From: an uncultured delta proteobacterium
GTDB taxonomy: Bacteria; Desulfobacterota; WTBG01; CAIYCZ01; CAIRTM01
NCBI GenBank assembly: GCA_963804955.1
Contig: CAWDSQ010000007.1
Coordinates: 384,001 to 448,000 of the forward strand
Reading direction: 5' to 3'
Length of the DNA stretch: 64,000 nucleotides
Part shown: one piece after another, positions 10,438 through 20,796 of the stretch
How the letters are laid out: each line of letters starts with the position of its first letter
How positions within the stretch are numbered: the stretch's first letter is position 1
Notes under the pieces: generated by a model
Databases searched by the model: none
Told to the model about the DNA's origin: nothing
Seen by the model: the letters and a program-made list of their open reading frames with translations, nothing else
Translations under genes and position numbers: made by a program

Positions 10438-10469
10438 ACAGCCTCCTTATTTTTTATGATTAATACAGA

Positions 10470-12017
10470 TTAAAATTCATAGCGAATTCTGAACAGTATG
10501 CTGTCCTTGTCATGCAGCCCCATATTGGTGCTTGTGGTAGAGCCGTATATGGGAAGAGCCAGCTCCCAGCGCCAGTGGCGCCCGGGGGCATAGGACAAAA
10601 TGGGGCAGAGAAAATATTTTCCTATGGGGTTGTAGCTGCCGGTGAACATGGCCATCACCTGGGAATTGAACAGCTGCTGCGAAACGCTCCAGACAAACTC
10701 GGTGGCGTGGCTGTCACCGGCGCGATGTCCTCTGCCGCTTTCATAAATGATAATATCGTGGAAGTCACCCAGCACTTTTTCATAAAACATGCTCAGGCTT
10801 ATGCTCATTTTTTTGTCATCGGCAAGATTATGGGTGAACCAGGGAATCGTAAACCGGTCGGAATACACAAGGCCCCCGCCGACCGTGTCGCGCTCACACT
10901 CAGCATATATCTCGCTGGACTCATGATTGGTGCCCTTATTGAAATGATTGCCCATTTCATAGAACCATTCAAAGCGCCATTCAGAACCGTGCAGGCTCTC
11001 GATAATCGTCTGTGCGGTTCCGCCGAGCACTTCATAGCGCTTGTAATTAAAAACCTTATAGCCCGGGAACTTGGGGTCTATTTCGGATCCGGTCAGTATC
11101 GATTTAATGCCTGAAAATACATAGGTATTGGCAAATTTACTGAAGTTATCGTTGGCGGTCGGTGAATCGCTGCGGGTATTGAAATAGAATGCGGACCAGT
11201 CTATATCCCAGGCATAGCCCCTGATTTTAAAGCCGACCTCGGTATTTCTCAAAGCCCATCCCGGCGCATCCCGGCGCGCCTTTTCCTGCACCCACTCATA
11301 AATCCCGAACCCCTTGCCCGGATTAAATGAAGTTGCGGCAGGGCTGGGGCCATAATGCGTTCCTTCAATCGGCACCCGGGCATACTTGAAATCGCCGGGA
11401 ATGACAAGCATCTCGAACATGAGATTCCCCGGAAGGTCTGTCTGATAAAATCCCCGCAGCATCCAGAGGCCAAGCTTAATGCTTTCCCAGTCCTCCGTGC
11501 CGGGAGAGCCCTGCCGGACGTCGACCGGATTAATGACATCGGCGGTCCGCTTGATATCGGTTTCCCCCCACACGACTATCTGCTTGCCCGCCCTGAGCTC
11601 GAAGGGGCCCTTGATAAAATGAACATATGCTTCAGTTATAAAATCCTCATCACGGGGGCGCGTATAGTCCTTGTAGGCAAAATCAGGGATTGCCCGCTTC
11701 AGCTGGCTGTCAATCTTCGGCGTATGCTCCCACCAGTACCGCACGCCGGCGAAGAGGTTAATGGTCATGTCCTCCGCCTCATGCAGCTTGTAGAGCGATT
11801 CCAGCATGGCGCTGGTGCGGACAAAATCAAAATTTGACTTGTGAAACCGGTCCTCTTCTTTCGGTATATCCAGGCGCAGAAAAGCCTGCTCCTTGACATA
11901 CCCGTTCATCTGAAGCTTCCCGTCCATGAGAAAAACAGTTGCCTGTGAGGCAGGCGCGGCCAGAAACAGATACACACATCCGAAAATCATACAGGCTGTT
12001 GCTAGTGTTTTTTTCAT
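10470..12017 (-). CDS. DUF1302 family outer-membrane beta-barrel protein
   Basis: Signal peptide, LRAGKQIVVWGETD, DVINPVD, C-terminal RIRYEF. Confidence 0.85.
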   Translation of the reverse strand: MKKTLATACMIFGCVYLFLAAPASQATVFLMDGKLQMNGYVKEQAFLRLDIPKEEDRFHKSNFDFVRTSAMLESLYKLHEAEDMTINLFAGVRYWWEHTPKIDSQLKRAIPDFAYKDYTRPRDEDFITEAYVHFIKGPFELRAGKQIVVWGETDIKRTADVINPVDVRQGSPGTEDWESIKLGLWMLRGFYQTDLPGNLMFEMLVIPGDFKYARVPIEGTHYGPSPAATSFNPGKGFGIYEWVQEKARRDAPGWALRNTEVGFKIRGYAWDIDWSAFYFNTRSDSPTANDNFSKFANTYVFSGIKSILTGSEIDPKFPGYKVFNYKRYEVLGGTAQTIIESLHGSEWRFEWFYEMGNHFNKGTNHESSEIYAECERDTVGGGLVYSDRFTIPWFTHNLADDKKMSISLSMFYEKVLGDFHDIIIYESGRGHRAGDSHATEFVWSVSQQLFNSQVMAMFTGSYNPIGKYFLCPILSYAPGRHWRWELALPIYGSTTSTNMGLHDKDSILFRIRYEF

Positions 12018-12048
12018 ACTGCCCCCTTTAGTTAATGGTGTATGATTT

Positions 12049-14388
12049 TTATTTTCTGCCGACGATAAATGACGGCTTAATAAGGAGGATCAGGCTCGGA
12101 ACAACCAGAAGTGCGCCTATCATGTTCAGCGTCAGCATTACCGCAAGAAGAAGGCCCATGAGGGCCTGAAACATCATTTTTGACAGAAACCAGAAAACGA
12201 TCCCGACAATAAGCGTTGTCGCTACATAAATAACCGCCTTGCCGGTGGTGCCCATGGCTATGGTAACCGCCTCGGACAGGCTTTTTCCGGCCTTGCACTC
12301 CTCGATCATCCGGCTCGCGAGATATATCCCGTAATCAACGCCAAGGCCTATGCCGACTGCCGAAACCGGCAGTATTGCCGTGGTCAGGGGAAGCGGCGGA
12401 TTATTGAGCACCATGAAGGCGCCGGTGAGGAAATTGGAAAGTATAAGAGGTGCGATCATGATGAAGCCTGCAACAAATGACCTGAAAGCCCCTACGCAAA
12501 ATAAAAAAACTATGAACAGCGAGAGAAACAGCGTCAGCAGCTGATATTCCGTAAGCGTTTCATTAATGCCTGCCTGCACCCCGACAGCGCCTCCGGCAAG
12601 CCGGTATTTCATACCTGTACCGGCGATGGTTGATTTGTCTTTTATATATTCATGAATCCTGCCCATAACTTCGCTGATGGTCTGGGCTGTCTTGTCCCTG
12701 CATAAAATAACGATATTCGTATTTTGATCTCCCATGTCGACAAATTTATCAAAGCTTCCCGGGCCGCCCATCTGCATGGCGGAGCGGTAGAGAAACTCGG
12801 TCTGGCTGTCATCTGTCGGGAGAAATTTCCAGCGCGGATCCTGCTCGCGCATCCCGCTGTGTATTCCCGGTATGCGCCCCTGCAGGGTTTGGACCATAAC
12901 GACTTTTTTATTGGGGGTCTGCTTCATATAGCGGGAAAAATTTGCCACTTCGCGGGTTACCGCCGCCCGGGCAACGCCCTGAGCCTTGCCGGTATCCAGC
13001 ACGATATAGAGCGGATTCAGCAGCGGCATTGAAAATGTTATCCTGAAGCTGTCGACATTGTAGCGGTGAAATGGCCAGAGCACCTCTGAGCCGGGGACTG
13101 CGCTGCCGATGGTGATTTTATCCATATAGGTGGCTCCCCAGATGCACAGTGCAACGGCTGCAGCAGTGACTACGTATTTTCCGCTCCGGTTCAGCCACCC
13201 GCCAGTAAGCATAAGAGTCTTATCAAGAAGGCTGCGCTTCTGCGTCTCTGCCTTGAGCGGCATGTATGCAAGCAGCACCGGTATAAACATCAGGGCGACT
13301 ATGATGGTAATAAATGACCAGAATGCGCAGGAAAGGGTGATTTTCTGCAAAATTGCTATGGGCGTGATGGCAATAATAACAATCCCTGAAGCATCGGTGA
13401 GAATGCCGGCCAGGCCGGGTACAAAAAGGCTTTGAATAACCTTTTTGCACGCTACCAGATTATCCCCTGTCTTGCCGGCCTCTTCCTGATAGCGCTTGAT
13501 CACCTGGGTTGAGTGGGATGCCGCCATGGCCGCAATCAGAAACGGGAAGACCAGCACAAGGGGATCAAGGTTGAAATTCAGCAGGCTCAGAAACCCCAGC
13601 CCCCAGATTGCGCTGATGGCCGCTGCCGCTACCGGCAGCAGCATGCCCCGCTTTGAACGAAAGAAAAAATAAAAAACAGCCAGCATGGCAAGGATGGTAT
13701 AGGATACAATTTTTACCACATCGCCCACATAGCTGTCGATATAGCCAAGGTGCATGGGCTCGCCGGCGATAGCTATTATATGGTTGCCATCCTCTGCTTT
13801 TTTGCGCAGCTCCTGCAGCTCTTTAAAGCAGGTTGCATAGTTAATCTGCTCTTCAAAAAAATCCACCATGACAAGAGCGCTCTTGCTGTCAAGGGAGACA
13901 AGCCCGGGATAGCAGGCCGGATTTCCGTAGATATCAAGCTTGAGCTTGTGCAGCTGCTCTTCGGTTTTTGGAACATCGGGCCACATGACCGGCTCTGAAA
14001 CATAGCCCTTACTGGTGAGCTGCATGTTCCTTATTTTTTTCTCTGCTATGGACAGAATTTTATACCGGTCGACGCCTTGAAATTTTTTGAGCTCATCGTT
14101 AATGAATTTAACTTTACCCAGCGTGTCCGGGTTGAAGATATCCTTGTACTTTCCTCCCTTTGCAGGATCCTTCACCTGCACCATGATCAGGACCTGGTTG
14201 GATCCCCCGAAAACATTTCGTATTTCATTGTGAACGTTGATATAGGGATGATTTTGCGGCAGCAGGTCGGTATAGATGGTTTTAACGCTTATTTTGCTTG
14301 CAAAATAGCCGAAAAACAGGGTTGCAATTATAACAAAGCTGAGTACATAATGCCGCCTGTCTATAATGAAATTTGCAATGCGTTCCAT
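12049..14388 (-). CDS. RND/MMPL family transporter
   Basis: 779 aa with two TM bundles; LLPQNHP and GIGLGVDYGIY. Confidence 0.9.
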   Translation of the reverse strand: MERIANFIIDRRHYVLSFVIIATLFFGYFASKISVKTIYTDLLPQNHPYINVHNEIRNVFGGSNQVLIMVQVKDPAKGGKYKDIFNPDTLGKVKFINDELKKFQGVDRYKILSIAEKKIRNMQLTSKGYVSEPVMWPDVPKTEEQLHKLKLDIYGNPACYPGLVSLDSKSALVMVDFFEEQINYATCFKELQELRKKAEDGNHIIAIAGEPMHLGYIDSYVGDVVKIVSYTILAMLAVFYFFFRSKRGMLLPVAAAAISAIWGLGFLSLLNFNLDPLVLVFPFLIAAMAASHSTQVIKRYQEEAGKTGDNLVACKKVIQSLFVPGLAGILTDASGIVIIAITPIAILQKITLSCAFWSFITIIVALMFIPVLLAYMPLKAETQKRSLLDKTLMLTGGWLNRSGKYVVTAAAVALCIWGATYMDKITIGSAVPGSEVLWPFHRYNVDSFRITFSMPLLNPLYIVLDTGKAQGVARAAVTREVANFSRYMKQTPNKKVVMVQTLQGRIPGIHSGMREQDPRWKFLPTDDSQTEFLYRSAMQMGGPGSFDKFVDMGDQNTNIVILCRDKTAQTISEVMGRIHEYIKDKSTIAGTGMKYRLAGGAVGVQAGINETLTEYQLLTLFLSLFIVFLFCVGAFRSFVAGFIMIAPLILSNFLTGAFMVLNNPPLPLTTAILPVSAVGIGLGVDYGIYLASRMIEECKAGKSLSEAVTIAMGTTGKAVIYVATTLIVGIVFWFLSKMMFQALMGLLLAVMLTLNMIGALLVVPSLILLIKPSFIVGRK

Positions 14389-14397
14389 CCCGACCCT

Positions 14398-15477
14398 TTA
14401 TTCTATGATGTTTTTTTCAAGGCCTTCCGGCATTTTGAAACCCTCAAAGATATAGGACATCCCGGAGCAGAAACTCCATGTTTCACCTGCATCGACAGTT
14501 TTAAGAACAGTTCCTGCTGCGCCCACTATCCAGCCCTTCTCCTGGCTGCTGAAAAAAATATCCGCAAGAAGCAGCTTCGACTTAATGGTCTCATCCTGCT
14601 TCTCCCAGGTCAAACCGCCGTCGCGAGACAGCAGGTACGTGCCCTTATTGCCCACAGCCACCCCGCGGTTTCCCTTGATAAATATATTGTAAATCGGCTC
14701 GCCCTTTTTGGTTTTCAATATTTCCCAGGTAGCGCCGCCATCGGCTGTTCGCATGATTGTGGAGTCCATGCCGCATATCCAGCCATGCTGCGCATCGCTG
14801 AAATGCAGGCCGAACAGCGTCGGCCGGGGATTATCGTATTCATCCTCAAGAGTTTCCCGTTTGAAAAACTCCGGAACCACAGGCTCCCAGGTCGCCCCGC
14901 TGTTTGCGGTGCGCAGCAGAATGCCGCCCTCACCGACAATCCAGCCGTTTTCCCGGTCTACAAAACAAACTTTATTGTATATTTTATCCTTTTCACTGCT
15001 TTGCTTTATCCAGGTGTTCCCGCCGTCTTTCGTGTGCAGAATGGTTGAATATTCACCCACCGCCCAGCCCAGGTCCTTGTCTGCAAACCAGACCGCCATC
15101 AGGTGCCGGTTTGTTCCCGTATCCTGGCGCTTCCAGGTGGCGCCGCCGTCAGCAGTGTGCAGCATCACTCCTTTTATGCCGGCGACCCAGCCGTTTTTAT
15201 CGTCTATGAACATGCTGTCGCACAGAAGGCTGTCAACCCCGGATTTTTGCTCCACCCAGGTCTCCCCGCTGTCTGCGGAGTGGTATATGACGCCGAAATC
15301 ACCTGCAATCCATACATTTTTATCATCGGGAGCTGAAACAGAGATCACATCATCGGAGGTGACCATTTTTATATTGGGCATTTTCATTTTTTCCTTGGCC
15401 TTGCCGCACCCCTGCATGACAATACATGCAGTGCTTATGGCGATAATTGCCGCCAAGTGTACATATCGTTTACACAT
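14398..15477 (-). CDS. YCF48-like BNR-repeat beta-propeller lipoprotein
   Basis: Repeated TxDGGxTW and GWxVG motifs; lipobox-like MQGC. Confidence 0.9.
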   Translation of the reverse strand: MCKRYVHLAAIIAISTACIVMQGCGKAKEKMKMPNIKMVTSDDVISVSAPDDKNVWIAGDFGVIYHSADSGETWVEQKSGVDSLLCDSMFIDDKNGWVAGIKGVMLHTADGGATWKRQDTGTNRHLMAVWFADKDLGWAVGEYSTILHTKDGGNTWIKQSSEKDKIYNKVCFVDRENGWIVGEGGILLRTANSGATWEPVVPEFFKRETLEDEYDNPRPTLFGLHFSDAQHGWICGMDSTIMRTADGGATWEILKTKKGEPIYNIFIKGNRGVAVGNKGTYLLSRDGGLTWEKQDETIKSKLLLADIFFSSQEKGWIVGAAGTVLKTVDAGETWSFCSGMSYIFEGFKMPEGLEKNIIE

Positions 15478-15546
15478 ACCCCGGTCCCCTTAGCATTGGT
15501 TGCCCACCTTTTCCCGTTCCTTCAACGACCAGATGCGCACCCGCCA

Positions 15547-15753
15547 TTATTCTTCAGTAATGGTTATCGCCTCTTCCGGGCAGGCATCACGGCATGCCAG
15601 GCACATGTGGCACATATCCTTTGCTTCCTCAATCACCTGCGCCCGCTTTTTGCCGTTATCGGTATCGACTAATGTCCAAAGCTCAAGGCCGCACATTTCA
15701 ACACATTTGCCGCAGCCGCGGCATTTAACGGGATCAACAGTATGCCTGACCAT
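15547..15753 (-). CDS. 4Fe-4S ferredoxin
   Basis: CRGCGKCVEMC and CHMCLACRDACP. Confidence 0.9.
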   Translation of the reverse strand: MVRHTVDPVKCRGCGKCVEMCGLELWTLVDTDNGKKRAQVIEEAKDMCHMCLACRDACPEEAITITEE

Positions 15754-15768
15754 AACAAAACTCCCTGT

Positions 15769-16176
15769 TCATAGTGCTGCCTTAACGGCATCAACTGCGT
15801 TTTTAAATTCCTGATCCTGCTCGTACAGCCGGACCATGGCATCAAAAAAAGGAAAAAGCGCCATGAAATGAACTGCCGTATTGGGATCGGTCTTGTCGCC
15901 TTTGATAATTTCTCCCTTTTCCCGGATCTCCATGAGGTCGTAGCTGTTGTCGATCGCGCCACACAGGTCGATATCGGTCATCGCATGGCCGCATGGCAGT
16001 CCTCGCGCATGCCGACTTTCAAGCATAACGGTGCCGTCTTTTATGACGATCGTTGTCTCATCTTTATCCAGCTTCATCCCGACTTTATGGTCCTTGAAAT
16101 CAGCCAGCATCTCCTGAGCGGCGGGGTCGGAATTCGCAAAGCGTACGCCCTGCTGAAGCACATCGATCATTGTCAT
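15769..16176 (-). CDS. SCP2 sterol/lipid-carrier-like protein
   Basis: RBS GGGAG before ATG 16176; TTIVIKDGTV...IIKGD pattern. Confidence 0.5.
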   Translation of the reverse strand: MTMIDVLQQGVRFANSDPAAQEMLADFKDHKVGMKLDKDETTIVIKDGTVMLESRHARGLPCGHAMTDIDLCGAIDNSYDLMEIREKGEIIKGDKTDPNTAVHFMALFPFFDAMVRLYEQDQEFKNAVDAVKAAL

Positions 16177-16193
16177 GGCGGAAATTCTCCCTT

Positions 16194-16907
16194 TCAAAAG
16201 AAAATTTCGGGTAGCTGTTCGGAGCCAGGGCAGCGCCACATGCCTTGCCTGCGGGGCGGCAGCTGGATTTTCGAAATACTCCTTCAGCATTGTTTTGACG
16301 CACTGAATTTTCCGCTGCATCTCCTTCCGTTTTGCCGCGATCCTCCGCGGCTGCAGCGGATGCGCAATACTCAATATAGCTTTTCAGGTACTCCGTGTGG
16401 GGCGCAAGCGCGGCAAGCCGCATGCCTTCCCGCTCGATCGGGATGACGGCTGCCGTATACACTATGGAGCGCAGGCCCGCAGGTCGTCGTCCTCTTCCGG
16501 CGTTATGCCGGGCAGGCTTGCAATTTTTCCCACAGGGGGCCGAGCGGCTCGCAAATATTTCTTTCTGTACGGCTCATCAACCAGGCATGTCAACCGTCGG
16601 GATCAGGTCGACGAAAATGCCGACGCTGCTCTTGTCTTCTGTCCCAGCGGGAAAAGAATATCGGCAGTTCATAGCCCTCTGCGGGAATAATCGAGCAGAG
16701 GCCCAGGTTTGCAGACTCGTCGGGAATATTTTGCCCAAGAACAATTTTTTCAATCTTCTCGGCGGTAAAAGCCTGAATGGTTCGCGCTGCCGGGCAGTTC
16801 CGCAGCGCAATATCCCTGCCTTGTAGCTTTTTCGTCCCGGCCAGGGCAAGCGCTTCGAGAACCTCTTTCATTTTTTCAACATACGGCGTCCATGTGATCT
16901 CAGCCAT
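16194..16907 (-). CDS. FDBR/RCCR-like protein with multiple frameshifts
   Basis: Reconstructed across frames: EKIEKIV...IPAEGYELPIF...IFVDLIPTVDMLVDEPYRKKYLEPLGPLWEK...EYLKSYIE...PEIFF*. Confidence 0.65.
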
Positions 16908-16922
16908 TATCCTGCCCTCCCT

Positions 16923-17695
16923 CTAGAAAATAAGACTGACGAATAGTTTCATTTTTTCCTCGCCGAAAAGCTTTTTGATCACCTCTCCGCCCGGATCAAG
17001 GTCGCGGTAGTATTTCTGCAAGGCCCGCTTTCTCGTGAGCATTTCCTGCTTATAGGCGGGATCACGGATGGGCTCGGCTTTTTTCATCATCTCAAGCCAG
17101 ACACGGGCATAGTCGACGACGGCATCAAGCACGGCGAGGCGGTCCTCGGGCTCCTCAACGCGGCCGTCAATCGGGTAGGGGAGAGGGTCGCGCGGGCCCA
17201 TGGCCACGGGGCATACCGGCTTTGCACCAGGCAGCGGCCGTCTTTGGTAAAGCCCGGGAATGGCTGCGGTATTTGCGCCACAGCATCTCGCTACGGGGTT
17301 CGAGATATTTTTTACGGTATTCCGGATGAACGGCGATATCCACGACCGGCATGAGGTCAAGGGTAATGCTGAGCCGCGGCGCGCTCTCGTCGAATTCGCA
17401 GGCCATGATCGGCAAATCATAGTCATCGCTGCAGGTAAAGTTGAGGGCGCAATACTTGGCCCTGCCCATGTAGTGGAGTTCGCCATAGGTTATTTTTTCT
17501 ATTTTGTCCGACCCTTTCAGCACAAAGGGTTTGTAAAACCCGCTGGCAAGGGGCGTCTTGAACTCCCAGGCAGGCCGCGTGTCCACGCCGCATATATGTT
17601 TCCAGCGGCTCCAGCTCCAGTCCCTCGAACATTTTTCGATTCACTACCAGTTCATCTGTAAAGCGAATCATGTCTTTGAAATCAACCCGCGCCAT
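16923..17695 (-). CDS. FDBR/RCCR-like protein with multiple frameshifts
   Basis: YDLPIMACEF, LDLMPVVDIAVHPEYRKKY, DYARVWLE and DLDPGGEVIKKLFGEE; GGAGG RBS before ATG 17695. Confidence 0.8.
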
Positions 17696-17719
17696 AGGCA
17701 CTCCTCCCGCGTGAAATTG

Positions 17720-18027
17720 TTTGCTGCAACACTGCTCCCGGCTATACGATCGACCGCGCCACAAGCTCTGCGAGCATCAATAAGCTTCAGCGGTACGGCA
17801 TATTCCTGCTTCGCGTCGCTGAAATTTTCAATGCACAGCGGACATGCCGCTATCAGCACCTCAGCGCCGGTTTGAACGTCCTTGTCACGCCGTTCACGAT
17901 GCCGCTGTCAACGGGCATACTCTTTTGCCCAGACGCCCGGCCACCGGCCCCGCAGCACCAAGCGTCCCGGCAGCTGCGCTTCATCTGTATAAACCCCGCT
18001 ATGTCTTCCCGGCAGGCAGGGCGCATG
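17720..18027 (-). pseudogene. C-terminal fragment of a CCG-domain Fe-S oxidoreductase
   Basis: MKRSCRDAWCCGAGG and LIAACPLCIENF; N-terminal part absent. Confidence 0.7.
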
Positions 18028-18045
18028 GTAAGTAACCTTTCAAAT

Positions 18046-18101
18046 GTATTCCTTAAGACTACTACGTTGAGGATGATAGTCTTTGAAATACAACTTGTCA
18101 A
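18046..18101 (-). promoter_or_regulatory. sigma70 promoter plus operator-like palindrome
   Basis: TTGACA-17-TATCAT on the minus strand; GTATTCCTTAAGACTAC at 18046-18062. Confidence 0.6.
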
Positions 18102-18420
18102 GAAAAAAGTTTTGTTTTTTAGCAGCCGAATTGACTCAAATTAAATGTAACCCGGGGGATGTTCTGAACGAGCAAAAAAGGTATCGTTGCGTCATATAAC
18201 CGGCAGCCAAAAGGAGTCCATGCATTATGCCCTTACGGTCCAGAAAAGAATATCGCCAGATCACCACACAGCGCTATCAAACAACAGATTGTTGTTTTTA
18301 GATTTCAGGCGCACTAAACATATATAGGGCGATATTTTATATTTATGGGGATAATTGATCGGCTGGAAGAAACAACATGCTTAAAAAAATGATGCGGGAA
18401 AAGCTGCTGCACAAAACATT

Positions 18421-18830
18421 CTACCGGCGGCGGGAGTTGGCAGGGGCGGTGGCCTGTTCCTCTTTGCGTTCCACAGGCCGATGTGCTTCAGGATTTTTTT
18501 GATCAGCTCCGGCAGCTCGATGAACGCAATAACTTTCATTGCACCCCGGCACGTGAGACAGCACAGCGGATCGACTTCCTATATTTTCTGTCTCAGGCGC
18601 GCCCATGTTTTGCGCTGTGCAGGAGACAGTCTGCCGCCTTCGATGATGTGCAAGATACCATCATCTGAGTTTTCTTTTTTTCGTTTACCCCGTGATACGC
18701 AGCGGTACTACCCGTACCAGAGGACCATCTGCTTCCCGCGGTTGGGAACAGGGGAGCACATGGCTCCAATCCATTCCCGGGCATCAAAGGTCTTGAGCTT
18801 TTTGCCCTTTTTTGCTTGATAAACACCCTC
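18421..18830 (-). mobile_element. IS91-family transposase remnant (C-terminal, with stop codons)
   Basis: KTFDAREWIGAMCSPVPNRGKQMVLWYG* and WARLRQKI*EVDPLCCLTCRGAMKVIAFIE...KILKHIGLW. Confidence 0.8.
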
Positions 18831-18902
18831 AGACCGCTTCCTGATGTATGTCCTGCGCTCCGGTAAAAAGGAGGCCCGAATAATGTAACGGGCACTGTTT
18901 TT

Positions 18903-19901
18903 TTAACCGGGCAGAAGCTCCTTGAGCTTATCTTTAAACGCAGGCAGCACCTTTTTCCAGTCGCCGACAACACCAAAATCGGCATAGTTGAAAATAGGCG
19001 CCTCGGGGTCTTTATTTATGGCGATGATACTCTTGGACTGGGCGCAGCCGCTCAAATGCTGTATGGAGCCGGAAAGTGCTATGGCAATATAAATATCGGG
19101 GTTGACAATTTTTCCGGTAATCCCAACCTGCCGGTTGGGGGCCAGCCAGCGATTATCGCAGGCGGGCCTTGAAGCGCCAACCGCGCCGTTCAACAGTGTT
19201 GCCAGCTCCTGCAGTTGATTAAATCCCTCGGCACTGCCGATGCCTCTGCCGCCGCTGACTATTATAGAAGCCTCTTCAAGCCGTACCCCTCCTTCATTTT
19301 CCGTTACCCGTTTCAACAATCTGGCTCGTATGGCTGAAGGGTCCAGGCCGGCATCAATAATAATGACCTCTCCCTGCTTTGAGGCATCGGGCTCCGGGGG
19401 CGGCATGAGCTTGTCCCGCACTGTAGCTATCTGCGGACAGGAGTCGGAGGTGAAGGTAGCCTGGGCATTTCCGCCAAAGACATTTTTAATTTGCAGCAGC
19501 AGCTTTGTGTCAGGGTCAATAGCAAGGCCGACACAATCCAGAGTGGCCGTTGTGTCAAGCCGAAAGGCCAGCATGGGAGCCAGGTCGCGACCGACAGATG
19601 TCTGCCCTAAGATGAGGATCCGGGGCATTACCTGCCTGACTACTTTTTCCATCACTGACAGGTATGCATCTGTCTGGTACTCTTTCAGCAGCGGATCATC
19701 AACAACATATACTGTATCGGCGCCTGAGGCGATAGCCTCTTGAGCCAAACTTCCCACATCACTTCCGACCAGCACCGTGCATAATTCCTGCCCCAGGTCA
19801 TCGGCCAGCTTTCTGCCGAAGCCCAATACCTCCCGGGAAATCGAAGGCAGTGTGCCTTCGGCGATCTCGCAATACGTCATAATGCCGTTATATTCAGCCA
19901 T
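18903..19901 (-). CDS. etfA: Electron transfer flavoprotein alpha subunit
   Basis: IVSGGRG, GASRPA, QVGITGK, SGSIQH and AINKDPEAPIF. Confidence 0.95.
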   Translation of the reverse strand: MAEYNGIMTYCEIAEGTLPSISREVLGFGRKLADDLGQELCTVLVGSDVGSLAQEAIASGADTVYVVDDPLLKEYQTDAYLSVMEKVVRQVMPRILILGQTSVGRDLAPMLAFRLDTTATLDCVGLAIDPDTKLLLQIKNVFGGNAQATFTSDSCPQIATVRDKLMPPPEPDASKQGEVIIIDAGLDPSAIRARLLKRVTENEGGVRLEEASIIVSGGRGIGSAEGFNQLQELATLLNGAVGASRPACDNRWLAPNRQVGITGKIVNPDIYIAIALSGSIQHLSGCAQSKSIIAINKDPEAPIFNYADFGVVGDWKKVLPAFKDKLKELLPG

Positions 19902-20004
19902 GAGATTTACCTTTTTCAGATTAGCTCGCTTCGCTTTTTTCTGCACATACAGTTTGTTTCACAACCTCTAGTCGATCAAGGCTGATGCACTGCCTGATTC
20001 CGGA

Positions 20005-20796
20005 TTACAGGAGCTTGGCTTCCTTCACTTTCTGGGCCAGATTAGCTCCTGCCTCCTCCGGCGTTTCACCTCCTATGATCTGGCACTCGGTTTTCCGGCG
20101 CGGGGGCTCAGCCAGCCTGACGAGGTTCAATCTCTTCAGTCCGGCTGCGTCAATTCCCAGCGCTTGCGCACTGCGCACCGTGATGGGCATCTTCTGAGCT
20201 GCCTGAAGGTCCTTCAACTTGGGGTATCGCAAATCGCCGATCTCGCTGCTCGCGGTAACCAGGGCCGGCAGGGGAGCCTCAACTACTTCATAGCCGTCCG
20301 ACACCACCCGCTCAACCAGCACCTTCCCATCGCTGAGTTCCACTTTGCAGGCAGCAGTAATGCAGGGAATCTTCAAAATCTCGGCAATACCGGAACCCAC
20401 CTGGCCGGCATCCGTATCCGCCGCCTGCCTTCCGCAGAGGATAAGATCGTATTCGCCAATCTCCCGTATGGCGGCGACTAACAGGTGAGCTGTTGCATAG
20501 CTGTCGAGCTTTTCAAAGGCATTGTCTTCCAGCAGGATCAGCTCATCAGCACCCGAAGCTAAAGATTTCCTCAGTACCGGCTTCGCGAGGTTTCGCCCGG
20601 CGCTTATCACCGTTATCCTGGCGCCGTGAGCATCCTTTATCTTGATGGCAGCTTCCAGTGCATTCTCATCGTAGGGACTCATCACCGGCGGGGTGCCTTG
20701 CGGCACTATCACCCGCATTGCTTCAGAGTCGACTTTAGTGCCCGAGGAGGAAGCCTGCGGATCAGGCACCTGTTTAATACAGACGATTATTCTCAT
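20005..20796 (-). CDS. etfB: Electron transfer flavoprotein beta subunit
   Basis: IVCIKQVPD, DENALEAA and GRQAADTDAGQVG. Confidence 0.95.
   Translation of the reverse strand: MRIIVCIKQVPDPQASSSGTKVDSEAMRVIVPQGTPPVMSPYDENALEAAIKIKDAHGARITVISAGRNLAKPVLRKSLASGADELILLEDNAFEKLDSYATAHLLVAAIREIGEYDLILCGRQAADTDAGQVGSGIAEILKIPCITAACKVELSDGKVLVERVVSDGYEVVEAPLPALVTASSEIGDLRYPKLKDLQAAQKMPITVRSAQALGIDAAGLKRLNLVRLAEPPRRKTECQIIGGETPEEAGANLAQKVKEAKLL

Noticed and set aside
15769..16374. 201-aa ORF as a single protein
   Set aside because: Its N-terminal part is the frameshifted tail of the upstream FDBR; the likely start is ATG 16176 with its own RBS.
3833..17695. FDBRs as phycobilin or phytochrome chromophore biosynthesis genes
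   Set aside because: No heme oxygenase, phytochrome or phycobiliprotein in the window, and the context is anaerobic and catabolic; cannot be excluded for the rest of the genome.
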